Positions 19,233 to 29,208 are shown, counted from the stretch's first letter. The stretch is 64,000 nt of DNA from a bacterium (GCA_021784815.1 JAJYHK010000004.1:16255-80254), one strand, 5' to 3'. Numbers and translations: made by a program. Notes: generated by a model not told the origin, from the letters alone.

Positions 19233-19478
19233 ATGGACAAAACCGTTACCATCTACAGCACGCCGACGTGTCATTTCTGCCAGATGACGAAAGATTTTCT
19301 CAAGGAGAAGGGGATCGGCTACACCGACTATGATGTGCAGCATGACCTTGAGAAGCGCCAGGAAATGATTACCAAGTCCGGGCAGATGGGCGTGCCCGTT
19401 ATCTTTATCGGCGATGAGATGATTGTCGGCTTCGACAAGGAGAAGATCGCTTCGACACTCGGTGTATCGGCAAGTTAG
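19233..19478 (+). CDS. Glutaredoxin / NrdH-redoxin
   Basis: IYSTPTCHFC, SGQMGVPVI, VGFD. Confidence 0.92.
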   Translation: MDKTVTIYSTPTCHFCQMTKDFLKEKGIGYTDYDVQHDLEKRQEMITKSGQMGVPVIFIGDEMIVGFDKEKIASTLGVSAS

Positions 19479-19488
19479 TGCCGACCGT

Positions 19489-19530
19489 TAGCACAAGCCG
19501 CGCGGACGCTGATCCGCGCGGCTTGTGCTA
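19489..19530. terminator. Perfect inverted repeat after the glutaredoxin gene
   Basis: TAGCACAAGCCGCGCGGA/TCCGCGCGGCTTGTGCTA. Confidence 0.6.
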
Positions 19531-19541
19531 TCGTGCTCGTA

Positions 19542-19616
19542 CCCCTCATAGCTCAATGGATAGAGCACTCCCGTCCTAAGGGATTGATGTGGGTTCGATT
19601 CCTGCTGAGGGGACCA
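19542..19616 (+). tRNA. tRNA-Arg(CCT)
   Basis: CCCCTCA/TGAGGGG acceptor stem, loop GTCCTAA, encoded CCA. Confidence 0.9.
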
Positions 19617-19696
19617 GCGCTCGCTTTTCAACATTCCGTTCGGCATCGGAGGGTGCACCCGGTATACTGTACGCATTAACCACGTAACTCTCGCGA

Positions 19697-20143
19697 ATGC
19701 TTACTGATACTATTAACGGCATTAGCCGAATCTTTTACCAGCGTTCGTCCGGGCTCCTGCTCTTGCGCGTTTCGACCGGACTCATTTTCATCCTCCATGG
19801 CTGGATGAAAGTCAACGCGCTTGCGCGGACGGCGGTCATGTTCGGCCACATGGGATTCCCGATGTGGGTCGGCTATTTCATCGCGTGGCTTGAGCTCATT
19901 GGCGGCATCGCGCTCGTGCTCGGCATTCTTACCCGCTTCTTTGGCGTTGTCTTTGGCATCGAGATGCTCGTTGCGACCTTCCTAGTAGGCTTCGGACGTG
20001 GACTCGGGCTTGAGTTCTATCTCGCCATGGTCTCCTTCTCGATTGCTCTTATGGGAAGCGGTGCCTTCTCGGTGTTCCCTATGGAATGCAGGGAGTGCGG
20101 GGGCATGCTCTGCGACGGCGAGGTGTGCGTCTCGGCGGAATAA
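19697..20143 (+). CDS. DoxX family membrane protein
   Basis: LLLLRVSTGLIFILHGWMK; ELIGGIALVLGILTR; GSGAFS. Confidence 0.9.
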   Translation: MLTDTINGISRIFYQRSSGLLLLRVSTGLIFILHGWMKVNALARTAVMFGHMGFPMWVGYFIAWLELIGGIALVLGILTRFFGVVFGIEMLVATFLVGFGRGLGLEFYLAMVSFSIALMGSGAFSVFPMECRECGGMLCDGEVCVSAE

Positions 20144-20221
20144 GCTTCTTCGCTGGCGCCGGCCGCTTCCCATGCGGAGCGGTCGGCGCCGTGGTATATC
20201 TAAGAGACCGAGACGAACTCT

Positions 20222-21736
20222 ATGCGAGAACGATTCATAGGCTTGCTTACCATCTTGTCCAAGCCAGCGGTTGCTATTGGCGGTGCGTTGGCCATCGGGA
20301 CGGGAATTATCGGCTTTGTCTGGTTCTCAACCTCGGTCGCGCCGGTGGGGAATTATGCAACTGTCGCTCGTGGTTCGATCACACAGTCTGTGGCCTTTTC
20401 GGGCATGGTCCAGGCGGCGCGTAGTACTGACCTGTCGTTCCAGGCTGCGGGAACTGTTGCGCAGATTAATGTGCAGGTTGGACAGCACGTGTATGCCGGG
20501 GAGGTGCTCGCGAGCCTTAGTGGTGCGGCAGCAGCAGCGGCGCTCGCGCAGGCCAATGCGAATCTCGCCATACAGCAAGCGAACCTCGCGTCACTCAAGG
20601 CTGGTACCCGTCCCGAGCAGCTCTCGATTGACGAAACCACCCTTGCGCAGGCAAAGACAGCACTTAGCAATGCGATTACCTCGGCGTACGTGACCGCGAG
20701 CGAGGCAGTGTACACCGAAGCGGATCAAGTGTTCCTCAATCCACGCACGAACAATCCGCTGCTGTCCATCCAGGTACCCGATTCAGAACTCGCACTCAAG
20801 CTCGAGACCGAACGCGCAGCGCTCGAGCCAAAGCTTGATCAGTGGCAGACAGAAGGTACGATAATGACCGCGAGCGGGGCAGAGGCGGCCCTTATGGCCG
20901 TCAACAGCTTCCTTGCGAACCTCTCGCAAGCGCTCGCGGAAACGCCGGCGGGCGGTTCAGTGACGACAGCAGAACTCGCGGGGTATGTGGCAGCCGTGAA
21001 TGCCGCGCGCACGAATACGGCAGCCGCGCTCTCAGCTGTGACGAGCGCCGATACTGCTGAAAAGAGCGCTGCGGGCGCGCTCACGCTCGCACAGTCCGGC
21101 GCCACAACCGAACAAATCGCTGCCCAACAGGCGGCTGTCGATGCGGCACAGGCGGCGATAAGCTTGGCGCAGGTTGCCGTTGCCAATACCAAAATCATTG
21201 CGCCGGTTTCAGGCGTCATCACGGTGCAAAATGCCGACCTCGGTCAAACGGTAGTGCCCGGTACGCCCCTCATCTCAATGATTGCCGACGGCGCGTACCA
21301 AGTGAAAGGATACGTTTCGGAAAATGAGGTTGTCACGGTCGCGTCCGGCGACGCCGTGAACGTCACTTTTGACGCCTATCCCGGGGTAACCTTCCCGGCG
21401 ACGGTGACCACGGTCGATCCGGCGGCTACCACGGTTAACGGAGTGCCGTCCTACGGGGTTACGGTGACTTTCTTGGGCAAGGATGAGCGCGTCAAGGCAG
21501 GTCTGACGGCCAACATGCAGATCATTACCGCGACTAAAGCGAATGCACTTACCGTGCCCTCGAGCGCAGTTATCACAAACGGGTCCCGGCAGATGGTGTA
21601 CGTGAAAGACGCGCGCGGGACGGCGACCGAGACGCCGGTAACGACCGGCATCGTGAGCGCGAGTGGCACGACTGAGATTACGAGCGGCCTTTCAGCCGGA
21701 CAGAAAGTGCTAACCTTTGGCTCAAGCGCCCTGTAA
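20222..21736 (+). CDS. Efflux membrane-fusion (HlyD/MacA-like) adaptor protein
   Basis: Lipoyl-like halves (LSFQAAGTV / IIAPVSGVI), long coiled coil, TEITSGLSAGQKV. Confidence 0.85.
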   Translation: MRERFIGLLTILSKPAVAIGGALAIGTGIIGFVWFSTSVAPVGNYATVARGSITQSVAFSGMVQAARSTDLSFQAAGTVAQINVQVGQHVYAGEVLASLSGAAAAAALAQANANLAIQQANLASLKAGTRPEQLSIDETTLAQAKTALSNAITSAYVTASEAVYTEADQVFLNPRTNNPLLSIQVPDSELALKLETERAALEPKLDQWQTEGTIMTASGAEAALMAVNSFLANLSQALAETPAGGSVTTAELAGYVAAVNAARTNTAAALSAVTSADTAEKSAAGALTLAQSGATTEQIAAQQAAVDAAQAAISLAQVAVANTKIIAPVSGVITVQNADLGQTVVPGTPLISMIADGAYQVKGYVSENEVVTVASGDAVNVTFDAYPGVTFPATVTTVDPAATTVNGVPSYGVTVTFLGKDERVKAGLTANMQIITATKANALTVPSSAVITNGSRQMVYVKDARGTATETPVTTGIVSASGTTEITSGLSAGQKVLTFGSSAL

Positions 21737-21748
21737 CACCGAACCGCT

Positions 21749-22411
21749 ATGGAAACCGAAACCGAACATACGACCACATCGGACGCCGCATTCTCACCGG
21801 AGCTCCGCCGCCGGCTCATCCGGTATGGCAGCGCTGCGTTCGTGATCCTTGCCGCGGCCGGCACCTATGCGTACCTACTCTCCTCAAGCCGCGAAATCGC
21901 CATAACTTCTTCGACGATTTCCGCGCCGCTCATTGACCTCTCACCGAGCGTCGGGGGCCGACTCAATGCCCTGTACGTGCATGCCGGCGATCAGGTTCCG
22001 GCAGACACCGCCGTCGCACTCGTCGGCACCGAAGTAGTGCGGACGAAAATCGCCGGACTCATCGTACAGGTTAACGATACCGTGGGCGCCCAAGTCGCGC
22101 CGGGGCAGGCGGTCGCGGAGATGATCGATCCTTCGCAGCTGCGCGTGGTAGGGAAGATCGATGAGAATAAGGGACTTGCGCAGATCCGCGTCGGGGATCC
22201 AGTACGCTTTACCGTCGATGCCTTCGGCAGCAAGATGTTCGACGGCATCGTCGACGAAGTGGCTCCGACGAGCAACCAGTCCGGCATCGTGTTTAACATT
22301 TCGGGGCAGCGCGAGACGCAGCAATTCGACGTAAAGGCGCGTTTCGATGTGAACGCCTATCCCGAGCTTAAGAACGGCATGAGCGCACGCATGTACGTGT
22401 ACCTGCGCTAG
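21749..22411 (+). CDS. EmrA/HlyD-like adaptor lacking the alpha-hairpin
   Basis: TM segment, lipoyl domain, IRVGDPVRFTVDAF, LKNGMSA. Confidence 0.8.
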   Translation: METETEHTTTSDAAFSPELRRRLIRYGSAAFVILAAAGTYAYLLSSSREIAITSSTISAPLIDLSPSVGGRLNALYVHAGDQVPADTAVALVGTEVVRTKIAGLIVQVNDTVGAQVAPGQAVAEMIDPSQLRVVGKIDENKGLAQIRVGDPVRFTVDAFGSKMFDGIVDEVAPTSNQSGIVFNISGQRETQQFDVKARFDVNAYPELKNGMSARMYVYLR

Positions 22412-22433
22412 GATACGGGCCAATGATCAGACA

Positions 22434-22512
22434 GACGGCGATACAGACATGTTCGGCAGTCGGATTTGGCCTCCCGGGCCGGAGCGCCGCCGAACAGTTG
22501 TGCGCCGCCGTC
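22434..22512 (+). ncRNA. 79-nt structured element, copy B (unknown family)
   Basis: GACGGCG...CGCCGTC hairpin; core homologous to the reverse complement of 16989-17067. Confidence 0.55.
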
Positions 22513-22519
22513 CATTACT

Positions 22520-24022
22520 ATGAGTAACGATCGAACCGGGCATCCTTGGCTCGTCCTCCTTACCGTGATGGTGGGGACGCTCCTCATCGGACTCGACCGC
22601 ACGGTCGTAAACCTCGCGGTGCCGAAGATCATCGGTGATTTCGGCATCACGGTAACGACTGCCGCCTGGGTCGCGACGGCGTACATCATCACGAACGCGG
22701 TCTTCGTTCCGGTCTTCGGGAAGCTTGGCGACCTCTTGGGTAATCGTGTCATCTATCTCTGGAGCTTTGTCGGGTTCATCGCCATGTCGGTCTTGAGCGG
22801 GCTCGCATGGAACTTCGGCGCACTCGTATTCTTCCGAGCTCTTCAAGGTCTCGTAGGAGCCGCTGTGTATCCAACTGCGATGTCGCTCATCGCTAAATCA
22901 TTCACCGATACGAAGCAGCGCGCCCAGGCCCTAGGACTCTGGTCGTCTTCCTTTGCGATCTCGGCCGTCATCGGGCCGCTCTTGGGTGGGTACCTCATCG
23001 ATCAGTTTTCCTGGCGCATGGTTTTCTACATCAACTTGCCCATCGGCATTGCCGGGCTCATTATGACGCTCCTCTTCCTGCCGCATGACCGGCCGGAGGA
23101 GCGCGGCCAATTCGACTGGTTTGGCGCGGTGCTCTTGTCGGGCGTCATCTCGACTCTCGTGCTTGTCCTCGATCAGGGACAAACCTGGGGGTGGACTTCG
23201 CAGGCAAGCATCCTCTGTTACGTCATTTCAGCGCTCTTTGGCGTGCTCGTGTACTACTGGGAGACGCGCCACACACGTCCGATCGTCGATTTCCGACTGC
23301 TGAAGAACCCGACGATTGCATCCGTGCTGCTCGTCTCCTTTATCTCTTTCGGCGGTATGATGGGCGCACTTTTCTTATTGCCGGTGTTCGCTCAGTCATT
23401 TTTGGGCTACAACGCGATACAAAGCGGATACCTGTTCCTGCCCATGGGGCTTGCGCTCCCCGTATTTGCGCCGCTCGGCGCTCGGCTCTCGATCCGCTTT
23501 CATCCGCGCTACACGGTTGCGCTCGGCATGCTCGTGGGCGCACTCGGGCTCTACCTGCTTATGAATCTCGATCCGTCCATGTCCATGGGGGATTTCATCC
23601 TGCCGCTCGCGCTTTTTGGCGCCGGCCTCGGGCTCGGTATGGCACCGCTTACGAATGCTGCCACGACGGCCGTGCCGCTCCATGAGGTGGGTATGTCGTC
23701 GGGACTGCTCAACCTGGTGCGTAATGTTGGCGGCGCGTTCGGTATCGCGATATTCGGGACGCTCCTCAACAACACCATCAACCGCAATGTACTCGTCGTA
23801 GCGCAAAACTCGCACGTCAATAGCTACGCGCCCTCGGTCCTTCAGGAAGCGGCGCAGCTTATCATCATGAAAGCGGAGGTGCTCTCGTATGGCGACGTAT
23901 TCCTTTATGGCGCGCTCGCGATGTGCGCGGGCGGCCTCATCGCGCTCTTTTTCTTGAGAGTGAGCGATCAGGTCATCGACCTGTCGCCCGAGATACACGC
24001 CGAAACGATGGCGGGGGGATAG
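22520..24022 (+). CDS. DHA2 (EmrB/QacA) MFS efflux transporter
   Basis: LDRTVVNLAVP, GKLGDLLGNR, GPLLGG, WRMVFYINLPIG; about 14 TM. Confidence 0.92.
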   Translation: MSNDRTGHPWLVLLTVMVGTLLIGLDRTVVNLAVPKIIGDFGITVTTAAWVATAYIITNAVFVPVFGKLGDLLGNRVIYLWSFVGFIAMSVLSGLAWNFGALVFFRALQGLVGAAVYPTAMSLIAKSFTDTKQRAQALGLWSSSFAISAVIGPLLGGYLIDQFSWRMVFYINLPIGIAGLIMTLLFLPHDRPEERGQFDWFGAVLLSGVISTLVLVLDQGQTWGWTSQASILCYVISALFGVLVYYWETRHTRPIVDFRLLKNPTIASVLLVSFISFGGMMGALFLLPVFAQSFLGYNAIQSGYLFLPMGLALPVFAPLGARLSIRFHPRYTVALGMLVGALGLYLLMNLDPSMSMGDFILPLALFGAGLGLGMAPLTNAATTAVPLHEVGMSSGLLNLVRNVGGAFGIAIFGTLLNNTINRNVLVVAQNSHVNSYAPSVLQEAAQLIIMKAEVLSYGDVFLYGALAMCAGGLIALFFLRVSDQVIDLSPEIHAETMAGG

Positions 24023-24064
24023 TGCCGCAGCGCCTCACGGGCGCATGCTACCGTAGGAAGTGTT

Positions 24065-24352
24065 ATGGCTCTCGACCCGGAAATTAAGCAAGAACTCGAT
24101 GCGCTCCATGCGCTCGCGAAGGATAACCACCGCATGCTTCGCGCGATGCGGCGCGATCAGTGGATCGGGTTCGTCGGTAAGGTCGTCATGTGGGTGCTCG
24201 TTCTTGCGCTGCCGATTTATCTGTACCAGCACTACCTCGAGCCGATCTACTCCGCGCTCTCTGCGGGCCATGCGTCGAGCACGCCGGGCTTCTTCGGCCT
24301 CCCGTCTTCCGCAGAGCTTCAGAATTTGCTACACTCGGTCCAAGGCAAATAG
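24065..24352 (+). CDS. Hypothetical membrane protein
   Basis: LAKDNHRMLRAMRR followed by a TM helix. Confidence 0.7.
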   Translation: MALDPEIKQELDALHALAKDNHRMLRAMRRDQWIGFVGKVVMWVLVLALPIYLYQHYLEPIYSALSAGHASSTPGFFGLPSSAELQNLLHSVQGK

Positions 24353-24367
24353 CCCTTGCTAAACTAC

Positions 24368-24443
24368 GCTTGGATAGCTCAGTTGGTAGAGCACTTCCCT
24401 GAAGAGGAAGGGGTCGTCGGTTCGAGCCCGACTCCAAGCACCA
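24368..24443 (+). tRNA. tRNA-Phe(GAA)
   Basis: CTTCC-CT-GAA-GA-GGAAG; encoded CCA. Confidence 0.96.
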
Positions 24444-24539
24444 AAATAGAACAAAGTGGTTTTGAATCCACTGCGGAATGGGCGCAATGGTTCAAAGCCC
24501 TTTCCGCTAGAGGAGGTATACTTGAATAAAGAATTGCTC

Positions 24540-25661
24540 ATGTTGCATCCTTTTCGCAGAGCGAGTGCTGCGTATCGCGATTTTTTTGCGTGGGTAAACC
24601 GCTACGAGCGACACCTTTCTGCTACGGCGATGATCGCCGGTTTTGCCTGGGATAACGTTTTTCTCGGTCGCATCGACGTGTCGCGTACACAGATCGTACT
24701 TTTGGTCTATATCGGCGTGTGTGCGCTCGCAATGCCGCTTCTGCATTTCATTGAGCTGCGCGGAGAGCGTACGGGACGCCGGCCTCGCTGGCGGGGCGTG
24801 TTGCCTATCATGATCCAATTTGCGCTCGGCGGGTTCTGGAGCGCGTTCCTTATCTTGTACGGGCGAGCGGCGGTCATCTCCGCGTCATGGCCGTTCCTAC
24901 TCGTGCTCTTCGCGATTTTCATCGGGAACGAGTGGCTGCGCAAGTATCACGAGCGGCTCGTGTTCACGAGCATACTTTTTTTCTTCGCTTTGTACGCGTA
25001 TGCGGTGTTTGAACTCCCGATCGTTATTGGTTCAATGGGGACCGTTATATTCCTTGCGAGCGGCACGCTCGCAACTGCCGCATTCGCGCTCTTCCTACTC
25101 CTTCTTTCGCTCATTAATCGTCCGCGTTTCCGAGCGGACGCGCGGCGGATCATTGGCGGAGTGGCAGCGGTGCTCGTGATTATTAATATCAGCTATTTCA
25201 CGAGCGTACTCCCGCCGTTGCCGCTCGCGGCGAAAACGGACGGCATTTACCACTCGGTTTCGCGTACGAGCGCTGGCTACCTTGCAACTTGGGAGACCAA
25301 TGAGCCGTGGGCCGTGCGGTACCTTGGTCTCGCGCAGACCATCCATCTGGTGCCGGGCGAGGCGGTATACGCATACACGGCCGTGTTTGCTCCGACCAAA
25401 CTCTCAACGACCATCGTACACGAGTGGCAGTGGTACGATCCGAAAAAAAGCGCCTGGGTGACTCGAGCGGCCATTTCTTATCCTATCGAGGGCGGACGTG
25501 ACGAAGGTTATCGCGGGTACTCGGCAATCCTCCCGCACGACACGGGGAAATGGCGGGTCAATGTGGAGACCATGGGTGGGCTCCTCATTGCACGTTTGCC
25601 GTTTACCCTCGCGTTTGTCCAGACGCCGCCGCCTGAGACCACGGGACTCCTTGTACATTAG
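24540..25661 (+). CDS. DUF2914 domain membrane protein
   Basis: AVFAPT...HEW...GGRDEGYRGYS...GKWRVNVET. Confidence 0.85.
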   Translation: MLHPFRRASAAYRDFFAWVNRYERHLSATAMIAGFAWDNVFLGRIDVSRTQIVLLVYIGVCALAMPLLHFIELRGERTGRRPRWRGVLPIMIQFALGGFWSAFLILYGRAAVISASWPFLLVLFAIFIGNEWLRKYHERLVFTSILFFFALYAYAVFELPIVIGSMGTVIFLASGTLATAAFALFLLLLSLINRPRFRADARRIIGGVAAVLVIINISYFTSVLPPLPLAAKTDGIYHSVSRTSAGYLATWETNEPWAVRYLGLAQTIHLVPGEAVYAYTAVFAPTKLSTTIVHEWQWYDPKKSAWVTRAAISYPIEGGRDEGYRGYSAILPHDTGKWRVNVETMGGLLIARLPFTLAFVQTPPPETTGLLVH

Positions 25662-25667
25662 GGGCGC

Positions 25668-25725
25668 TGCTGCATAAAAACAACCCGCGGCGCCTTAAGG
25701 CGCTGCGGGTTGTTTTTATGCAGCA
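25668..25725. terminator. Bidirectional terminator
   Basis: Long inverted repeat with A/T tracts between convergent genes. Confidence 0.75.
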
Positions 25726-25735
25726 TTTTCACGCA

Positions 25736-26221
25736 CTAGCCCGCCTTGACGCGAAGCTTGGTCTGACGCGCTTTGTCGAGCTTGGGCAGAACGATGGTGA
25801 GCAAGCCGTCACGGCTTGTTGCCGAAGCACTATCAACATCGATTTCCTGGGGAAGCATGATAGAGCGCGTGAATGAACCCCAGAAGAGTTCGCGTGTAAA
25901 GAAATCGTGGTCCGATACCTGTTCGTGCTCCGCACGGGCGCCACTGATCTCCACCATGTCGCGGCTAATCGATAGGTTGAGTTCGGCCGCGGGCACGCCG
26001 GCAACAAACGCGCGCACGACGATATCGCTCGGCGTCTGGAATACGTCGACGGGGAGCTGGCCTTCGCTGCTTAGGGGAGCATCGTTACTCAGTCGGCGCG
26101 AAACGTGCATCGAATGTTCCGGCTCGCGCAAGTCCTGCGGCGCGACGGAGAGATCGTCATCATCAAATGCATCGAAGTCGTCAGACGAACTGGACCGCCG
26201 GCCAAAAAGGGATCGCTTCAT
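25736..26221 (-). CDS. Hsp20/alpha-crystallin small heat-shock protein
   Basis: LPVDVFQT, ELFWGSFTRSIMLP, DGLLTIVLPK. Confidence 0.92.
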   Translation of the reverse strand: MKRSLFGRRSSSSDDFDAFDDDDLSVAPQDLREPEHSMHVSRRLSNDAPLSSEGQLPVDVFQTPSDIVVRAFVAGVPAAELNLSISRDMVEISGARAEHEQVSDHDFFTRELFWGSFTRSIMLPQEIDVDSASATSRDGLLTIVLPKLDKARQTKLRVKAG

Positions 26222-26253
26222 AAGGTGGGGTTGGTGGGTGAATAAAAGTGTTG

Positions 26254-26952
26254 CTAACACGTGTTGGGCGGGAGATCCCGGTAGCGGAAGTACTTAAGCG
26301 TTTCGAGTGCAGCAAAAACCACAACGACCGCCACCCAGACCAGGAAAAACGCATCGAGTGTCGAAGCGCCGCTGTTTTGCATGATAATCGTGTTGAATGC
26401 GGTATGCAACGCTATGGCGAGGATAAGTCCGGCGATTACGGCAAAGATTCGGCGCAGGGGGTGCGCCGCCCTTGACAGCGCAAGCGCAAAACCCACCACG
26501 GACGACGCTATTACGTGGAGGAGTGTCGCGCCCATGAAGCGCTGGTCGCTGGTGAAGAAGCCGAGCGCCAATCGACCCGCTGAAAGCGGCGCAAAGAGGA
26601 AAAGCATGTTTTCTGCCGCCGCGAACCCAAGCGCCACGGTCATCATGTAAATGACGTAGTCAGGCGGCTCATCGACCGCGCGGCGCCACAGGATGAAGAT
26701 CGCCGCCATGAGGTACTTGAGCATTTCTTCGATGATCGCCCATGCAAGGATGGGAGTACCTCCCAGACGCGCCTGCGCGAGTATTTCAAGCGGTAGCGCG
26801 AGCGGCACGGCAGCCATGCCCGCAATAAAGGCGAGCGCGATAAGGCGCCGCGGCTCCGGGCAGCGGGAGTCTTCTTTCAGAAGGAAGTAGAGCCACACGA
26901 GTGAGGGCGCGAGCCCGCCGAAAAACGCGTAGACAAGGGAAGAAAGGATCAC
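26254..26952 (-). CDS. PrsW-family intramembrane metalloprotease
   Basis: PEP, IIEEMLK, GFAAAEN, LH, LHTAFN. Confidence 0.88.
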   Translation of the reverse strand: MILSSLVYAFFGGLAPSLVWLYFLLKEDSRCPEPRRLIALAFIAGMAAVPLALPLEILAQARLGGTPILAWAIIEEMLKYLMAAIFILWRRAVDEPPDYVIYMMTVALGFAAAENMLFLFAPLSAGRLALGFFTSDQRFMGATLLHVIASSVVGFALALSRAAHPLRRIFAVIAGLILAIALHTAFNTIIMQNSGASTLDAFFLVWVAVVVVFAALETLKYFRYRDLPPNTC

Positions 26953-26981
26953 GCACGCATTGTAACAGCCTAGCCGTGCAA

Positions 26982-27013
26982 AACGCAGTACCGCGCGTGC
27001 GCGGTACTGCGTT
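26982..27013. terminator. Hairpin after valS
   Basis: AACGCAGTACCGCGC/GCGCGGTACTGCGTT. Confidence 0.55.
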
Positions 27014-27024
27014 GCCTTACCTAG

Positions 27025-29208
27025 CTAGACGTCTGGCCACCGCGCCACCATGAGGAAATCGGCATCTTTGGTCGGCATTGATTGCCAAATCTCCTCCGTG
27101 ACGAAGGGCATGAAGGGGTGGAGGAGGCGCAGGGTACGATCAAGGAGGAATAAGAGGAGTTGCGCGCGCGAGGTCTTTGCCGTCTCGTCGTCGCTGGCGA
27201 GGATCGGCTTCGACTCTTCGAGGATCTTGTCCGCAAGCTCGTGCCAGGCGTAGTGGTAGAGCTTGTCGGCAGCAAGGTAGATGCGGTAGTTTTCGAAATC
27301 ATCGGTAACCTCTTTTGTAAGCGCATTGAGGGTCTGTAGATGGGCGAGATCGGCGGGCACAAGGGCGGGATTTGGCTCGAGTGTTGTGACGCCCGCCTTC
27401 TCGGCATTCTCGAGCACAAAACGCGCGATGTTCCAGAGCTTGTTCGCAAAGTGCTTGTAGCCCTTAACCTTGCTTTCGTCGAAACGGATATCATTGCCGA
27501 GTGCGGTGCCGACGAGGAGTCCCATCCGGAGCGCGTCGGCGCCGTACTTGTCGATCATTTCGAGCGGATCGACGCCGTTACCGAGCGATTTTGAGAACTT
27601 ACGGCCTTTGCTGTCGCGAACGAGCCCGTGAATCATTATGGTTTTAAAGGGTACCTGGCCGAGGTGGAAACCGGCCATAAGAATCATGCGTGAGACCCAC
27701 AGGAAGAGAATCTCATACGCCGGCGACATGAACGACGTAGGGTGGAACTTCGCGAGGTCGTCGGTCTTTTCGGGCCAGCCAAGGGTCGAGAAGGTCCAGA
27801 GTGCGGACGAGAACCAGGTATCGAGCACGTCCGGATCCTGCTCCCAATCGTTACCTCTTGGTGCTTCGGTACCGCAAAATGCTTCCTCACCCCGATACCA
27901 GACGGGTACCCGGTGGCCAAACCAAATCTGGCGGCTGATGCACCAGTCATGGAGATTTCCGATCCAGTGGAAGTACGCTTTGCGGAACCCTTCCTGCGGC
28001 ATATCGACGCCGCCACGCTCGACGGCGGCGCGCATGAGCTCCTTGAGTGTGAGCGTCGAACCACTTTCGATGCCCGGAATTTCGGAATGAGACAATGAAA
28101 AGTGCCGGTTCACGTCGACGAACCACTGCAGCTTAATCTGCGGCTCAATGATACAGCTGGTGCGCTCGGCAGTTGCAATGTTGTGCGTGTAGGGCTCCTC
28201 TTTCACGACGAGACCTTTCTGGTGGAGTTTCTCGACGATTTTCGGACGCGCATCGGCGATTTTCATGCCGGCAAATTCGCCCGCGATCGGGAGCAGTTTG
28301 CCGTATTCGTCGATGATCTGCTCTTTATCGAGTCCGTGGCGTTCGGCGATCTCAAAGTCGACCATACTGTGCCAGGGGGTGATGGTCATGACGCCCGAGC
28401 CAAACGCCATGTCGATGGATTCGTCCTTGATAATCGTGGCGGTAATCGGGCCATTGATCCACTCGAGCTCAAGCTGCTGCCCGTGCTTCCACTCTTTATA
28501 GCGCGCATCGTCGGGGTGTATTACCACGTACTTGTCGCCGAATTTCGTTTCCGGCCGCGCGGTACCGATGGTGAACGGACCGTATTTGAAATAGTAGAAG
28601 GTCGTCTGTTCTTCTTGATAGACGATTTCATCATCGGAAATGGTGGTTTGACCCTTCGGGTCCCAGTTCACGATGCGGTGGCCGCGGTAAATGAGGCCGG
28701 CTTCGTACATGCGGACGAATGCGGTAGTCACGGCTTTTTCGCGCTTTTCGTCGAGCGTGTACGCGTAGCGCGACCAATCGAGCGAAGCACCCATGCGGCG
28801 CACCTGCGAGAGAATGGTGTCCTCGCTGTTTTTCGCAAATTCGTACACGCGGCGGACGAGCTCTTCGCGGCCAAGGTCATGACGGCTTTCCCCTCGTCTT
28901 TTTGAATATTCCTTTTCAACGCGCGCTTGCGTTGCGATAGCTGCTGAATCGGTGCCCGGAACCCAGAGCGCGCGCTTGCCGCGCATACGCTGGAAACGAA
29001 TGACCGCATCTTGGAGTGAGTCTTCATAGGCGTGCCCAAGATGCAGTACGCCGGTCACGTTGGGTGGCGGCAGGACGACCGAGAAAGGCGGACGCCCTTC
29101 GCTCTCTGGCAGGTTGTCAGGATTAAAAGACCCGCTCGTCTCCCACGCATCGTAAAGGCGTTGCTCGGTTTCAGAGGGGTTGTAGGGTTTCAGGAATTTC
29201 TCGAGCAT
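27025..29208 (-). CDS. valS: Valine--tRNA ligase (no C-terminal coiled coil)
   Basis: PPPNVTGVLHLGHA, WCISRQIWFGH, DVLDTWFSS, KFSKS. Confidence 0.96.
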   Translation of the reverse strand: MLEKFLKPYNPSETEQRLYDAWETSGSFNPDNLPESEGRPPFSVVLPPPNVTGVLHLGHAYEDSLQDAVIRFQRMRGKRALWVPGTDSAAIATQARVEKEYSKRRGESRHDLGREELVRRVYEFAKNSEDTILSQVRRMGASLDWSRYAYTLDEKREKAVTTAFVRMYEAGLIYRGHRIVNWDPKGQTTISDDEIVYQEEQTTFYYFKYGPFTIGTARPETKFGDKYVVIHPDDARYKEWKHGQQLELEWINGPITATIIKDESIDMAFGSGVMTITPWHSMVDFEIAERHGLDKEQIIDEYGKLLPIAGEFAGMKIADARPKIVEKLHQKGLVVKEEPYTHNIATAERTSCIIEPQIKLQWFVDVNRHFSLSHSEIPGIESGSTLTLKELMRAAVERGGVDMPQEGFRKAYFHWIGNLHDWCISRQIWFGHRVPVWYRGEEAFCGTEAPRGNDWEQDPDVLDTWFSSALWTFSTLGWPEKTDDLAKFHPTSFMSPAYEILFLWVSRMILMAGFHLGQVPFKTIMIHGLVRDSKGRKFSKSLGNGVDPLEMIDKYGADALRMGLLVGTALGNDIRFDESKVKGYKHFANKLWNIARFVLENAEKAGVTTLEPNPALVPADLAHLQTLNALTKEVTDDFENYRIYLAADKLYHYAWHELADKILEESKPILASDDETAKTSRAQLLLFLLDRTLRLLHPFMPFVTEEIWQSMPTKDADFLMVARWPDV

